Shown here piece by piece: positions 42,397 through 51,990 of a stretch of DNA of 64,000 nt. Made by a program: the position numbers and the translations under genes. The DNA lies in assembly GCA_011390785.1 (NCBI GenBank), contig JAABRR010000001.1, forward strand, positions 58,742 to 122,741. Direction: 5' to 3'. Numbering within the stretch: the first letter of the stretch is position 1; the number at the start of each line of letters is the position of its first letter. The notes under the pieces were generated by a model. It did not search any database. It worked only from the letters and a program-made list of their open reading frames with translations, and was not told where the DNA came from. This stretch comes from Sphingobacteriia bacterium (GTDB taxonomy: Bacteria; Bacteroidota; Bacteroidia; Bacteroidales; UBA7960).

Positions 42397-42736
42397 CGCC
42401 TTTACGTCAAAGACAATTGAGATTCAAGCTTATTTTCTCTATTAGTTTTTGTTTTAAGCATAAACAATTTTAAAAAGCAAAACACTTATTCCCCACTTGT
42501 AAACCAAAATAATTGATAAATTATCATCTTAAATTTTTGGCAATTAAATGTTTTTTGATGATTTTTACCATCTATTAAACCATATTGCGATCCATTTATA
42601 AAATCTTCAAGCCAAATCAGGAAAATATAACAAAAGAAAACAAAAGGGAATTCATCAAACAGGCAATTACTCCAACAACTTCTTATCAGGTAATTCTCGT
42701 TCGTAATAGTTCCCGGAAAAATAAAACAACAAAACT

Positions 42737-43204
42737 ATGAGAAAATCATCCTTGGTTACTGCGTTCTTAATCATAGGTATATGTGTCTATGGCCAAACTG
42801 ACAATAATTCCAACAATACCCTGAAGCAAGATCAGGAAAACAGCCCGATTCTTAAAAAAACCGGCAATATTAAGTACATCGACATCAGCATCCAGCAACC
42901 CGGTGTGGAAGAATGTTTGGTTATGAGTGTTCCCCAACAGAAGATTAATGCCGATTGGATAGATATCTACCCCAATCCTACACCAGGGCATTTTACCCTT
43001 GAATTGAATCTTCACAAAACTGGTTCAAACCTAACCATTCAAATATATGACCTGGCAGGAAAACTGGTATCTAAAAGCATAGAAGTATCTGATGGCAAAC
43101 ACTTCCGCAAAGATATGGATGTAAGTCACCTGCACAAAGGGGTTTATTTTCTCCATGTTACAAGCAAGGAAGGAAGAGGCGTTAAACAAATCATAATCAA
43201 CTAA
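42737..43204 (+). CDS. Minimal T9SS type A CTD protein
   Basis: Signal peptide (VYG|Q), ~45-aa passenger ending QQPGVEEC, then IYPNP...IYDLAGK...GVYFL...KQIIIN. Confidence 0.9.
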   Translation: MRKSSLVTAFLIIGICVYGQTDNNSNNTLKQDQENSPILKKTGNIKYIDISIQQPGVEECLVMSVPQQKINADWIDIYPNPTPGHFTLELNLHKTGSNLTIQIYDLAGKLVSKSIEVSDGKHFRKDMDVSHLHKGVYFLHVTSKEGRGVKQIIIN

Positions 43205-43221
43205 AAGAAGGGGGATACACA

Positions 43222-45597
43222 ATGAAAAACACATTCAAGATAATTACAATCATTGTAGTATTGCTGGCGTTGGTTCAGAGTGCTTTTACGCAAAAAGAAT
43301 TTCATTTTGAACCTTTTACTACAGTAAATATAAACGACTCGGTGGTGATTCGCCTGAATGATTACCAGGGAGATATCCAGTGGCAAAAATCTTCTGATCT
43401 TGAGACCTGGGAAAACATTGCACAAGCCACAGTGGATACTTTGCTATTTGTTGCTAACACAAGTACCTACTTTCGGGCAGAGGTAATTGTGAGAGAATGT
43501 GATCCGTTTTATTCAGATACTACCAAAGTGGGAGTCTTTGACCTTACTACTTCAGCTGTAACAGAAATTACAACGATTTCTGCATTATCTGGTGGTACTG
43601 TGATTTCAGATGGAGGCGCACCAATAACCGCTCGTGGGGTTGTATGGAGTACATCCCCCTATCCCACAATCGACAATAACGATGGCTATACTGTTGATGG
43701 TCAAGATTTAGGCGAGTTTATCAGCAACATTACTGACCTTGCACCCGAAACATCTTATTATGTTCGGTCTTATGCTACCAACATTGCAGGCACAGGTTAT
43801 GGTGAGTCTAAACTATTTACTACATTAAATGATATCCCTGAATCATACACTCTTACCTTACAGGTAGCCCCCGAGGGCACCGGCCTGGTTTCTGGTTCAG
43901 GAGAATTCGCAGAAGGTGCCGCAGTTACCATAACTGCTACATCTAACCAAAACTACCAATTTGTAAACTGGACCGGCGATACCGAACACATTGCTGATGC
44001 AAACGCTGCAATCACTACCCTAACCATGCCAGCACAAAATATAACGCTTGCAGCTAATTTTGAAGAAGAAAATGAAGGATGTGATGACACTGAAATAGTA
44101 GAAGCTCTCAATCCCGCCACCGGCAAAATCTGGATGGACCGCAACCTGGGTGCCTGCCGTGCCGCTACCAGCAGCACCGATTCAGAAGCTTTTGGCCACC
44201 TATATCAATGGGGAAGGGCTGCCGACGGGCACCAAAGAAGGACTTCAGACACAACATCAACCTTAAGCAACTCTAACACCCCCGGACATAATAAATTTAT
44301 TGTTACTGGCCTCATTCCACCTAATGATTGGCGCACTCCCCAAAACCATAATCTTTGGCAGGGAGTATTAGGTATAAATAATCCATGCCCGTCAGGGTAT
44401 CGTTTACCCACAGATGCAGAGTTAAATGCCGAGCGCCAAAGCTGGAGCAGCAATGACGCTGCCGGAGCCTTCAATTCCCCCATTAAATTACCTATGGCAG
44501 GTCTCCGAAGCCTCAATAATGGTAAAATTTCAAGTGCAGGCTCTCTAGGCATCTATTGGTCCAGTACTGTTTCGGGTTCTGACTCGGGGCGCCTGGATTT
44601 CAACAGTAACACTGCTGGAGTAAGTAGCCGCCCCCGGGCTAGTGGACTTTCTGTCCGTTGCCTTAAGGCTGAAAATCAACAACCTGATACTTATACTCTT
44701 TCGCTGGAAATTACACCTGAAGGTAGTGGCCAGGTTTCAGGCGAAGGAGATTACGCAGAAGGTTTAACTGTTTTCATTTCGGCTATACCTAATCTAAACT
44801 ACCGATTTGTAAACTGGACTGGTGATACCGGTCACATTGCTGATGCAAACGCTTCAAGCACTAACTTAACTATGCCGGCAGAAAACATTAACCTTACAGC
44901 CAATTTTGAAGAAGACGAAAATGGTAATCCAAACATTATATACGGTGAAGGCGTAACAGATATTGACGGCAATTTCTATCCCAGCGTTATTATAGGAAAC
45001 CAGGAGTGGATGGCCAGGAATCTGAATGTTACACACGACGCCAATGGCAATGCTATATCACGCTATTGTTATGACAATAATGAAACATATTGCGACCTTT
45101 ATGGTGGGCTTTATACCTGGCAATCTGTTATGAATGGCGAAGGAAGCAGTAACACCATTCCAAGCAATGTACAGGGTATTTGCCCTACAGGTTGGCATCT
45201 ACCCAGCAATTCAGAATGGAATGTGTTAGTTAATAATGTAGTTGAACAGGGATATCCCAATGCATCAGATAATCCCAATGGTGCTGGCTCCGCATTAAAA
45301 TCCTGCCGACAGGTACTCTCTCCTTTGGGCGGGGATTGTGCCACATCAGAGCACCCTTATTGGATCTGGGCAAATAACTTTGGTACAGATGAATTTGGAT
45401 TTTCAGCCCTTCCAGGGGGCTATCGGTATCCCAATGGAGCGTATTACTCTCTTGGCTATGAAGGCAATTGGTGGTCATCTTCCATTGATTTCTCAAATTG
45501 GGTCTGGTTCCGAAAAATATACAACATTTACGGAAATGTTGATCAAAGCAGTTACACTGATGATTATGGGTTTTCCGTCCGATGTGTCAGGGATTAG
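43222..45597 (+). CDS. FISUMP (Fibrobacter succinogenes major paralogous) domain surface protein with Ig/FN3-like and InlB-B-like repeats
   Basis: Signal peptide; GDIQWQKS..W domain; ARGVVWST/YYVRSYATN FN3-like; WMDRNLG..LYQWGR..SVRCLK; IGNQEWMARNL..YGGLYTW..ICPTGWHLPS..GFSVRCVRD. Confidence 0.9.
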   Translation: MKNTFKIITIIVVLLALVQSAFTQKEFHFEPFTTVNINDSVVIRLNDYQGDIQWQKSSDLETWENIAQATVDTLLFVANTSTYFRAEVIVRECDPFYSDTTKVGVFDLTTSAVTEITTISALSGGTVISDGGAPITARGVVWSTSPYPTIDNNDGYTVDGQDLGEFISNITDLAPETSYYVRSYATNIAGTGYGESKLFTTLNDIPESYTLTLQVAPEGTGLVSGSGEFAEGAAVTITATSNQNYQFVNWTGDTEHIADANAAITTLTMPAQNITLAANFEEENEGCDDTEIVEALNPATGKIWMDRNLGACRAATSSTDSEAFGHLYQWGRAADGHQRRTSDTTSTLSNSNTPGHNKFIVTGLIPPNDWRTPQNHNLWQGVLGINNPCPSGYRLPTDAELNAERQSWSSNDAAGAFNSPIKLPMAGLRSLNNGKISSAGSLGIYWSSTVSGSDSGRLDFNSNTAGVSSRPRASGLSVRCLKAENQQPDTYTLSLEITPEGSGQVSGEGDYAEGLTVFISAIPNLNYRFVNWTGDTGHIADANASSTNLTMPAENINLTANFEEDENGNPNIIYGEGVTDIDGNFYPSVIIGNQEWMARNLNVTHDANGNAISRYCYDNNETYCDLYGGLYTWQSVMNGEGSSNTIPSNVQGICPTGWHLPSNSEWNVLVNNVVEQGYPNASDNPNGAGSALKSCRQVLSPLGGDCATSEHPYWIWANNFGTDEFGFSALPGGYRYPNGAYYSLGYEGNWWSSSIDFSNWVWFRKIYNIYGNVDQSSYTDDYGFSVRCVRD
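43846..44922 (+). repeat. Two intragenic ~76-aa repeats (43846-44073 and 44692-44922)
   Basis: YTL.L...PEG.G.VSG.G..AEG..V.I.A..N.NY.FVNWTGDT.HIADANA..T.LTMPA.NI.L.ANFEE shared by both copies. Confidence 0.9.
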
Positions 45598-45630
45598 TAG
45601 ATTTGATTTGCTCTGAAAATTAATAACAAG

Positions 45631-46005
45631 TCAATCCTCCCACCCAAACCACTCGTCCATTTCGCGGCGGTCTCTTTTGGTGGGGCGCCCTTTTCTTTTG
45701 GCCAGGGGGTTCTCTCTGATCAGTTCCAGCTTGTGGTATTCTTCTGCCGGGGTGAGGTCTTGCATATAATCGGGCACGAGTTTGGCCCCTACCCTTTTTT
45801 CGAGCAATTGGATAACCTTAACCGTTTTGGTAATGGGCCCGAGATGGATTGAGATCACCTGGTCTGTTTTCAGCTCTCGTGAAGGTTTAACGGTATCATC
45901 ATTGATCTTGACCTTCCCGGCCCGGCAGGCATCTGTAGCCTGGCTGCGGGTTTTAAACAACCGAACAGCCCAAAGCCACTTGTCTATTCTTACTGATTTT
46001 TCCAT
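45631..46005 (-). CDS. hslR: Ribosome-associated heat shock protein Hsp15 (S4 domain)
   Basis: RIDKWLWAVRLFKTRS and GRPTKRDRR motifs. Confidence 0.95.
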   Translation of the reverse strand: MEKSVRIDKWLWAVRLFKTRSQATDACRAGKVKINDDTVKPSRELKTDQVISIHLGPITKTVKVIQLLEKRVGAKLVPDYMQDLTPAEEYHKLELIRENPLAKRKGRPTKRDRREMDEWFGWED

Positions 46006-46094
46006 AGTCTAAAATGGAATTTAAATACTCCTCCTGCAAGATTTGCTCTTTATCAATCCTGTTATGCTTCCTGGCAACCCTTTAACCGGAAACC

Positions 46095-47399
46095 TTACTT
46101 CTGCCTGAAGAAAACACGGATAGGGACCCCGGTAAAATTCCAGTTTTTACGGATCTGGTTTTCCAAAAATCGCATATACGATTCACGAACATATTGCGGA
46201 AGGTTACAGAAAAAGGCAAAAGTAGGATAATGGGTTGGCAATTGCGTTATGTACTTAATTTTTACATACTTATCTTTTACCGACGGGGGTGGATTGTTTT
46301 CGATAATAGGCAACAGTATCTCGTTTAGTTTACTGGTAGCAATTTTCTGCGTCCGGTTTTGATAAACTTCTACAGCCGTTTCCAGGGCTTTTAAGATCCG
46401 TTGCTTTTTGGTTACCGAAGTAAAAATAATAGGCACATCGGTAAAAGGGGCGATCTTCTGAAGTATCTTTTCACGAAATGCTTCTACTGTTTTGTGGTCT
46501 TTCTCAATAACGTCCCATTTGTTTACCAAAATAACCACCCCTTTGTTGTTCCGGGTAGCCAGGCTGAAGATATTCACATCCTGCCCTTCAAGGCCTTCAT
46601 TGGCATCAACAAGCACCAGGCAAACATCTGCACTTTCAATGGCCCTGATGGAGCGCATTACAGAATAAAACTCAATATTTTCGTGTACCTTCCCTTTTTT
46701 TCTGAGGCCGGCCGTATCCACCAGGAAAAAATCGAATCCAAAACTTTTATAGCGGGTATAAATGGTATCTCGGGTGGTGCCTGCAATAGGGGTAACAATA
46801 TTTCGTTCCTGCCCTATCAGTGCATTTATCAATGAAGATTTACCCACATTGGGCCTCCCAATGATGGCAAATTTGGGAATATCTTCCACATCTTCCATCG
46901 GGATTTTTTCGAGAGCAGCCACCACTTCATCCAGCAGATCGCCGGTACCACTGCCATTGATAGAAGAAACGCCAAATACATCACCCAGGCCCAGAGCATA
47001 GAAATCAGATATGCCGGCAAGCCGGGCATTGTTATCGGCCTTGTTGGCCACAATAAAAACCTTCTTTCCTGATCGGCGCAGCATTTCGGCCACATCTTCA
47101 TCAAGAGGGGTAACACCTTCCATAATATCTACAAGGAACAGTATTATTGAGGCTTCTTCTACAGCAAGCTGCACCTGTTTGCGGATCTCTTCTTCAAAGG
47201 TATCGTCAGAGCCATAAACATAGCCACCTGTATCAATAACCGAAAACTCCAGGCCGTTCCAGTCACTCTTTCCATAATGTCTGTCGCGCGTAACTCCCGC
47301 CGAAGGATCTACTATAGCCATACGTGTTTGGGTGAGGCGATTAAAGAAAGTTGATTTACCTACATTAGGCCTTCCAACCAAAGCTACTATGTTTGACAT
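46095..47399 (-). CDS. der: Ribosome biogenesis GTPase Der
   Basis: Two GRPNVGKS G-domains, DTGG/DTAG, NKAD/NKWD, KH-like C-terminus. Confidence 0.98.
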   Translation of the reverse strand: MSNIVALVGRPNVGKSTFFNRLTQTRMAIVDPSAGVTRDRHYGKSDWNGLEFSVIDTGGYVYGSDDTFEEEIRKQVQLAVEEASIILFLVDIMEGVTPLDEDVAEMLRRSGKKVFIVANKADNNARLAGISDFYALGLGDVFGVSSINGSGTGDLLDEVVAALEKIPMEDVEDIPKFAIIGRPNVGKSSLINALIGQERNIVTPIAGTTRDTIYTRYKSFGFDFFLVDTAGLRKKGKVHENIEFYSVMRSIRAIESADVCLVLVDANEGLEGQDVNIFSLATRNNKGVVILVNKWDVIEKDHKTVEAFREKILQKIAPFTDVPIIFTSVTKKQRILKALETAVEVYQNRTQKIATSKLNEILLPIIENNPPPSVKDKYVKIKYITQLPTHYPTFAFFCNLPQYVRESYMRFLENQIRKNWNFTGVPIRVFFRQK

Positions 47400-47622
47400 A
47401 TCGTTGATTTTCAAATTAAAAAAGTGTGCAAAGATACGAAATTAAACCCGTAAAGTAAATGCGTGTTTTTATGGAAAAAATGAGCATTTTCTTATTCAAA
47501 ACTTATAATTTTTGTATTTTTACCCCCTGCATTAAATCCTTAGTAAAAGGGATCGATCATATAGAAGTATTTTATCCTGAAATAAGGAAATTCATTTATT
47601 AATTTTAACGTTTGGAAAAAAG

Positions 47623-48813
47623 ATGAACACTCAAAAATTCAAAGGAGCCATTGGTATACTTACCGGTGGTGGAGATGTACCCGGGCTAAACCCTGCGATC
47701 AGGGCTATTACAATCAGGGCTTTGCGCGAAGGTTACCGTGTAATTGGAATAAGAAGAGGTTGGGGCGGTATGATTGACATTATCCGCGACAAGAAACATG
47801 ACAACAGTGCAAACTTTATTGATCTTACAGAAGACCTGGTAAACAGGGCAGGCCGAACCGGTGGTACTTTTCTTCACACATCACGCACCCGGGCAAGCCA
47901 CGTGCCCGCAAAGCATGTGCCTGATCATCTCAAAGACCAATACAATAAGGATATGAATGACCTTACCCCTGAAGTACTCAAAAATATTGACTTCATGGGC
48001 CTCGATTATCTCATTCCTATTGGTGGAGATGATACCTTGAGTTATGCTGTACGTCTTTACAAGGAAGGAGTTAAGGTTGTTGCCATACCCAAAACAATGG
48101 ATAATGATGTGCCAGGCACTGACTATTGCATTGGTTTCAGTACCTGCGTTACCCGTACTATTCATATGACCAACCTACTAAGAACTTCGGCCGGCTCTCA
48201 TGAGAGAGTGCTGGTAATGGAAGTTTTTGGCCGGTATGCTGGTTATACTGCCTTACTGCCAACCATGGCCGGCGCATCTAACCGATGTGTTATCCCTGAG
48301 TACAAATTCAAAATTGAACATCTCACAGAACTTCTTTTGGCTGACCGCCGTAATAACCCCAGCAACTATTCTGTTGTACTGGTTTCTGAAGGAGCTGCCT
48401 TTGAAGGAGTAGATATGATGTTTACCAACATGGAAACCGATATGTTTGGACATGCCAAACTGGGTGGAATTGGTGATGCCGTTTCTGCGAAAATAAAGGA
48501 ACTCTCACCTTCATTTAATAACGGACAGCGTGTAGATACAATAAATCAGCATTTGGGCTACCTGGTTCGCTCAGGAGACCCCGATGCTATCGACTCTATC
48601 GTTCCTATGGCTTACGGAAACCTTGCTCTTGATCTTGTTTTAAAAGGGATACATGGCCGTTTGGTAATTCTGAAAAATGGTAGGTACGATAATATCCCTG
48701 TTGATATTGTTACCAGCACCAAAAAATTTATAAATGTAGAGAAACATTATAATACCGACAGGTTACGCCCGGTTTATGAAAGCTTTATTGACAAGCCTTT
48801 GTTCCTGATCTAG
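47623..48813 (+). CDS. Phosphofructokinase, probably PPi-dependent
   Basis: TGGGDVPGLN, GGDD and PKTMDND; the Asp in GGDD with Lys in PKT is the usual PPi-type signature. Confidence 0.88.
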   Translation: MNTQKFKGAIGILTGGGDVPGLNPAIRAITIRALREGYRVIGIRRGWGGMIDIIRDKKHDNSANFIDLTEDLVNRAGRTGGTFLHTSRTRASHVPAKHVPDHLKDQYNKDMNDLTPEVLKNIDFMGLDYLIPIGGDDTLSYAVRLYKEGVKVVAIPKTMDNDVPGTDYCIGFSTCVTRTIHMTNLLRTSAGSHERVLVMEVFGRYAGYTALLPTMAGASNRCVIPEYKFKIEHLTELLLADRRNNPSNYSVVLVSEGAAFEGVDMMFTNMETDMFGHAKLGGIGDAVSAKIKELSPSFNNGQRVDTINQHLGYLVRSGDPDAIDSIVPMAYGNLALDLVLKGIHGRLVILKNGRYDNIPVDIVTSTKKFINVEKHYNTDRLRPVYESFIDKPLFLI

Positions 48814-48815
48814 AA

Positions 48816-49574
48816 CTATTTCAGCAATTCCGGCAATAATTCATCCCTCACCCATTTGAACTCCGGTTCAAAGGTGAGGGCTTTTTTGTAGGTATTAATG
48901 GCCATTTGTTTGTTATCAGTATATTGATAACTTTTAGCCAACCCAACCAGACTATTTAAATATAACCACTTTTGATTGGCGGGCATATTTTTTTCAAACA
49001 GATCAACCGCTTTCTGATAGTATTCCAGAGCTTCCTGCTTGCTACCCCCAAAAGTTGACGGTGTGTAAAACCTTGTATTGCCCATTTCCATCCAGGCTAC
49101 AGGGTTGTTCTTGTCCGCTTCTACCGCTTCATTGATGGCACTATAACTTCGTGGCCCCAGGGTTACAGCAGAGATAGGGCGCAAAGAAATCCGAAAACCA
49201 TAAAAAGCTCCTTTAAGCGACCATGCATTGGATAGATGAGATGGATATTGAAACAATTGCTCAAGCTCTTCATCTGCTTTATTGAGATGCTGGCGGGCTT
49301 TTGACTTATCCACTTCCATATTAAAAGCAACAAATCCGTAGCGGGCTAGCAGTAAATCGTATAACAGTGAAGAACTTTTATTGCTGTTAAAATTCCGTTC
49401 CATTTCGGTAATAGTAGCTTCCCACAAGGGAATATTTCCGCTTACAAAACTCTGGTAGATCTGAATTTGCAACCTGGACTGTCGGTCTGTAACCTGAGAA
49501 TTTAAGGTAAAAACCCATCCCATCAAAAAGATAAATACTGATATTTTCAGTGCTTTTTTCAACATCATATTCAT
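48816..49574 (-). CDS. Exported TPR-like protein, last gene of the carotenoid-modification operon
   Basis: Signal peptide (LNS|Q), helical TPR-like repeats; 5 nt from the glycosyltransferase stop. Confidence 0.75.
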   Translation of the reverse strand: MNMMLKKALKISVFIFLMGWVFTLNSQVTDRQSRLQIQIYQSFVSGNIPLWEATITEMERNFNSNKSSSLLYDLLLARYGFVAFNMEVDKSKARQHLNKADEELEQLFQYPSHLSNAWSLKGAFYGFRISLRPISAVTLGPRSYSAINEAVEADKNNPVAWMEMGNTRFYTPSTFGGSKQEALEYYQKAVDLFEKNMPANQKWLYLNSLVGLAKSYQYTDNKQMAINTYKKALTFEPEFKWVRDELLPELLK

Positions 49575-49579
49575 ACTAT

Positions 49580-50671
49580 TTAGTCAATAATTCTTCCTTT
49601 CCATGTGGTTGCCTTTCTATATTGCATAATTGCCGAGTTGACAAGGATAAACAGAAATGAAAACTGCTGCAAGGGGGCAAGCAGCAAATTAAACAAAACA
49701 TTTTGCCGGCTGCTGACAGAAACGAATATTCTGATAAAAACAACCATTATGCCATAAAGAAAAAAGTAGGGTAACGGCAAATAAACAAAAACCGGAATAA
49801 ATCCAAAGGTTGTAATAATACCAAATAATAAGCCTGCAATTTTGCTTCCACCAAAAAAATAAAACACATTTCTTGAGAACCCTTTTACAGCATCGTCCCA
49901 GGAATTATACATGTGACACTGTATCTGTTGGTTACCCAGTAAGGTTTGTACTTTTAAGCCCTTTTTCTTCATTAACCTTGAAATGGCAATATCTTCTACA
50001 TTTTGATTCTTCAATGTTTTATGAAAAAGCTCACGATGGTAAACATCGGCCCTGAACATCATGAATTGACCATTAGCAGCGGCAAAAGCAGCCATCCCTG
50101 AAAGTCTGACGAGGGCAAGTGGCAGTAGACTGACCAAAATCCAGTTCATTACCGGCACTGTAAGCCATTCTGCCAATGAATTCATTTTTTGGGTTGGGAA
50201 AATTGAAAACAAATCGATGCGATTTTTCTGCATATTGGCAACAGCATTTTTTATTAATCCCTTTTGGATGATAACATCAGCATCAAGATACAATAGATAC
50301 TCACCATTGGCATGAAGAGCAAGATTATGACAACCATGATTTTTTCCTATCCAGCCCTGAGGCAATTTTTTACCATCAAGCAAGTGTACACGCGAATCTT
50401 TTTTCATAAACTGCTGCACAATAGCTGATGTGCGGTCGGTTGATAAATCATCATAAACCCAAATATCGAAATGTGGATAATCATGCTCAGCAAGCTGAGA
50501 AAGCAAGTTGCCAATATTATCTTCTTCGTTGCGGGCGGGGATCAATACTGAAACCTTAGGTTCTGAAGTTACTTTAGATTGCCTAAGCCACTGTCTTCCT
50601 AAAAAATTAGTTAAAACAACCCACAAACGGATAGCCGTAAAAAAAATAACAAAAAGCGCCAGATAAATCAT
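49580..50671 (-). CDS. GT2 carotenoid glycosyltransferase (CruC/CrtQ-like)
   Basis: IPARNEE, DDLSTD, GWIGKN, YLDAD, AANGQ, VEDI; carotenoid gene context. Confidence 0.85.
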   Translation of the reverse strand: MIYLALFVIFFTAIRLWVVLTNFLGRQWLRQSKVTSEPKVSVLIPARNEEDNIGNLLSQLAEHDYPHFDIWVYDDLSTDRTSAIVQQFMKKDSRVHLLDGKKLPQGWIGKNHGCHNLALHANGEYLLYLDADVIIQKGLIKNAVANMQKNRIDLFSIFPTQKMNSLAEWLTVPVMNWILVSLLPLALVRLSGMAAFAAANGQFMMFRADVYHRELFHKTLKNQNVEDIAISRLMKKKGLKVQTLLGNQQIQCHMYNSWDDAVKGFSRNVFYFFGGSKIAGLLFGIITTFGFIPVFVYLPLPYFFLYGIMVVFIRIFVSVSSRQNVLFNLLLAPLQQFSFLFILVNSAIMQYRKATTWKGRIID

Positions 50672-51288
50672 TTCAATTTCAATTGCTTTTCAATACAGCT
50701 TTGAAAAAATTCATTAAAAGAGTCCTCAAGATTTTCAGCTGTAAAACCAGCGATTTTTTCGGGGCTATAGATATATTGAAAAAGGGTTGGCTTTGAATGG
50801 GAAAAATAATCAAGAAGATGAACTACCATAACTACTTGTACTGGTTTATTAACCATGGTAAGGATTCGTGCCCACCCATTCTGGAAAACCTGCTTGCCAG
50901 AATACTGTGATTGAAACTCGCCCTGTGGGTATAGCAAAAGCAAATTGCCGGGATCATGTAAAACACCAGCCCCATAGGCAAGACTATCAATGATCGTTCT
51001 GCTGGATTTTTTGATAGAAAAAGCACCCAACCATCTTAGAAACATATTCTTTCTTAATTGTTCTTCCAGCATCATCACGTACAAATTCCTTTTCAATTTC
51101 CTTTTGTTCAACCTGAAAACCCAAAAGCCATCCCACCAACTCATATGATTGGAAATTACCAATATCGGAAGTCCTTTATCCTTAAAAGCCCCAATAGTTT
51201 TAATCTCTTTAAAATTAATTTTAAAGGCAATATCAAGATATAAACCGAAAATAAACTCAAAAAGTGAGCTGCGATTCGCCTTTATCAT
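50668..51288 (-). CDS. PlsC-fold acyltransferase (CruD-like)
   Basis: NHMSWWD (HxxxxD), LGAFS, YPQG; overlaps the GT start. Confidence 0.82.
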   Translation of the reverse strand: MIKANRSSLFEFIFGLYLDIAFKINFKEIKTIGAFKDKGLPILVISNHMSWWDGFWVFRLNKRKLKRNLYVMMLEEQLRKNMFLRWLGAFSIKKSSRTIIDSLAYGAGVLHDPGNLLLLYPQGEFQSQYSGKQVFQNGWARILTMVNKPVQVVMVVHLLDYFSHSKPTLFQYIYSPEKIAGFTAENLEDSFNEFFQSCIEKQLKLK

Positions 51289-51339
51289 AAGTTAAAGAAT
51301 TATTTTTAGTGATTTAATGTTGATTAAATATATAAATTC

Positions 51340-51990
51340 TCAGGCAATTAAAATATTCAGGACAAGGAAAAACCCAAACTGTATAAAGAATAACCAGGGT
51401 GCCACACCATTGCGAAATCTTAGCTTGGCAAAATGCAAAATGCTAAACATTACCAGACTAATAACAAACCAGGCAATATAATTTTGTAAGGGAATTACCC
51501 CCCCCGGCCAGTCCCACATATCCAGTTGCATTGCCACTGGCTCCATAACCACATCGTAGGCAACCATAAGTCCGGCACCAAAAAAAACCTGCAAAACCGG
51601 ATGGACGGGCATTTTTCGAAGCATGGCATAAATAGCATAAATCAGCATTAACCAGTTCAACCCTATCATAGGGGGTGTTCCAAATATTTTAAACCCCAAA
51701 GCACGGCCATAGTTATACTCTCCAAACACAACACCTGTAGCAACACCAGCCAGTTCAACGGCAAAACCCAAAACGGCAATCAAAAAAAAGAATCCCATGT
51801 GTCGGGGTTTCCAGCTACGATGCACCCAAAACATCAAACCCATGCTAAGCAAAAGGGTAAAAGGCATTAGCGAAATAAATAACGATTGAGTTACGTCTAA
51901 TGACAAACCAATAATACCTACCCCAAAAAAGATAATGAGAAAAAGATTGATTTTTTTCTCTCTGCTAAGTTTTAAAAATTTATTCCACAT
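51340..51990 (-). CDS. Carotenoid 1,2-hydratase-like membrane protein (CruF/DUF422)
   Basis: E.AGVATG..FGEY.Y, P..IGLNW, D..MEPVA..L..W.W, PLQNYIAWF. Confidence 0.85.
   Translation of the reverse strand: MWNKFLKLSREKKINLFLIIFFGVGIIGLSLDVTQSLFISLMPFTLLLSMGLMFWVHRSWKPRHMGFFFLIAVLGFAVELAGVATGVVFGEYNYGRALGFKIFGTPPMIGLNWLMLIYAIYAMLRKMPVHPVLQVFFGAGLMVAYDVVMEPVAMQLDMWDWPGGVIPLQNYIAWFVISLVMFSILHFAKLRFRNGVAPWLFFIQFGFFLVLNILIA

Larger units (their letters stand above)
42397..45813. mobile_element. Small genomic islet inserted at the hslR 3' end; no integrase
   Basis: Two accessory surface-protein genes bracketed by the 183-bp direct repeat. Confidence 0.75.

Noticed and set aside
42397-45630. Complete DGR, prophage or ICE
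   Set aside because: No reverse transcriptase, template repeat, integrase, phage or conjugation genes are visible.
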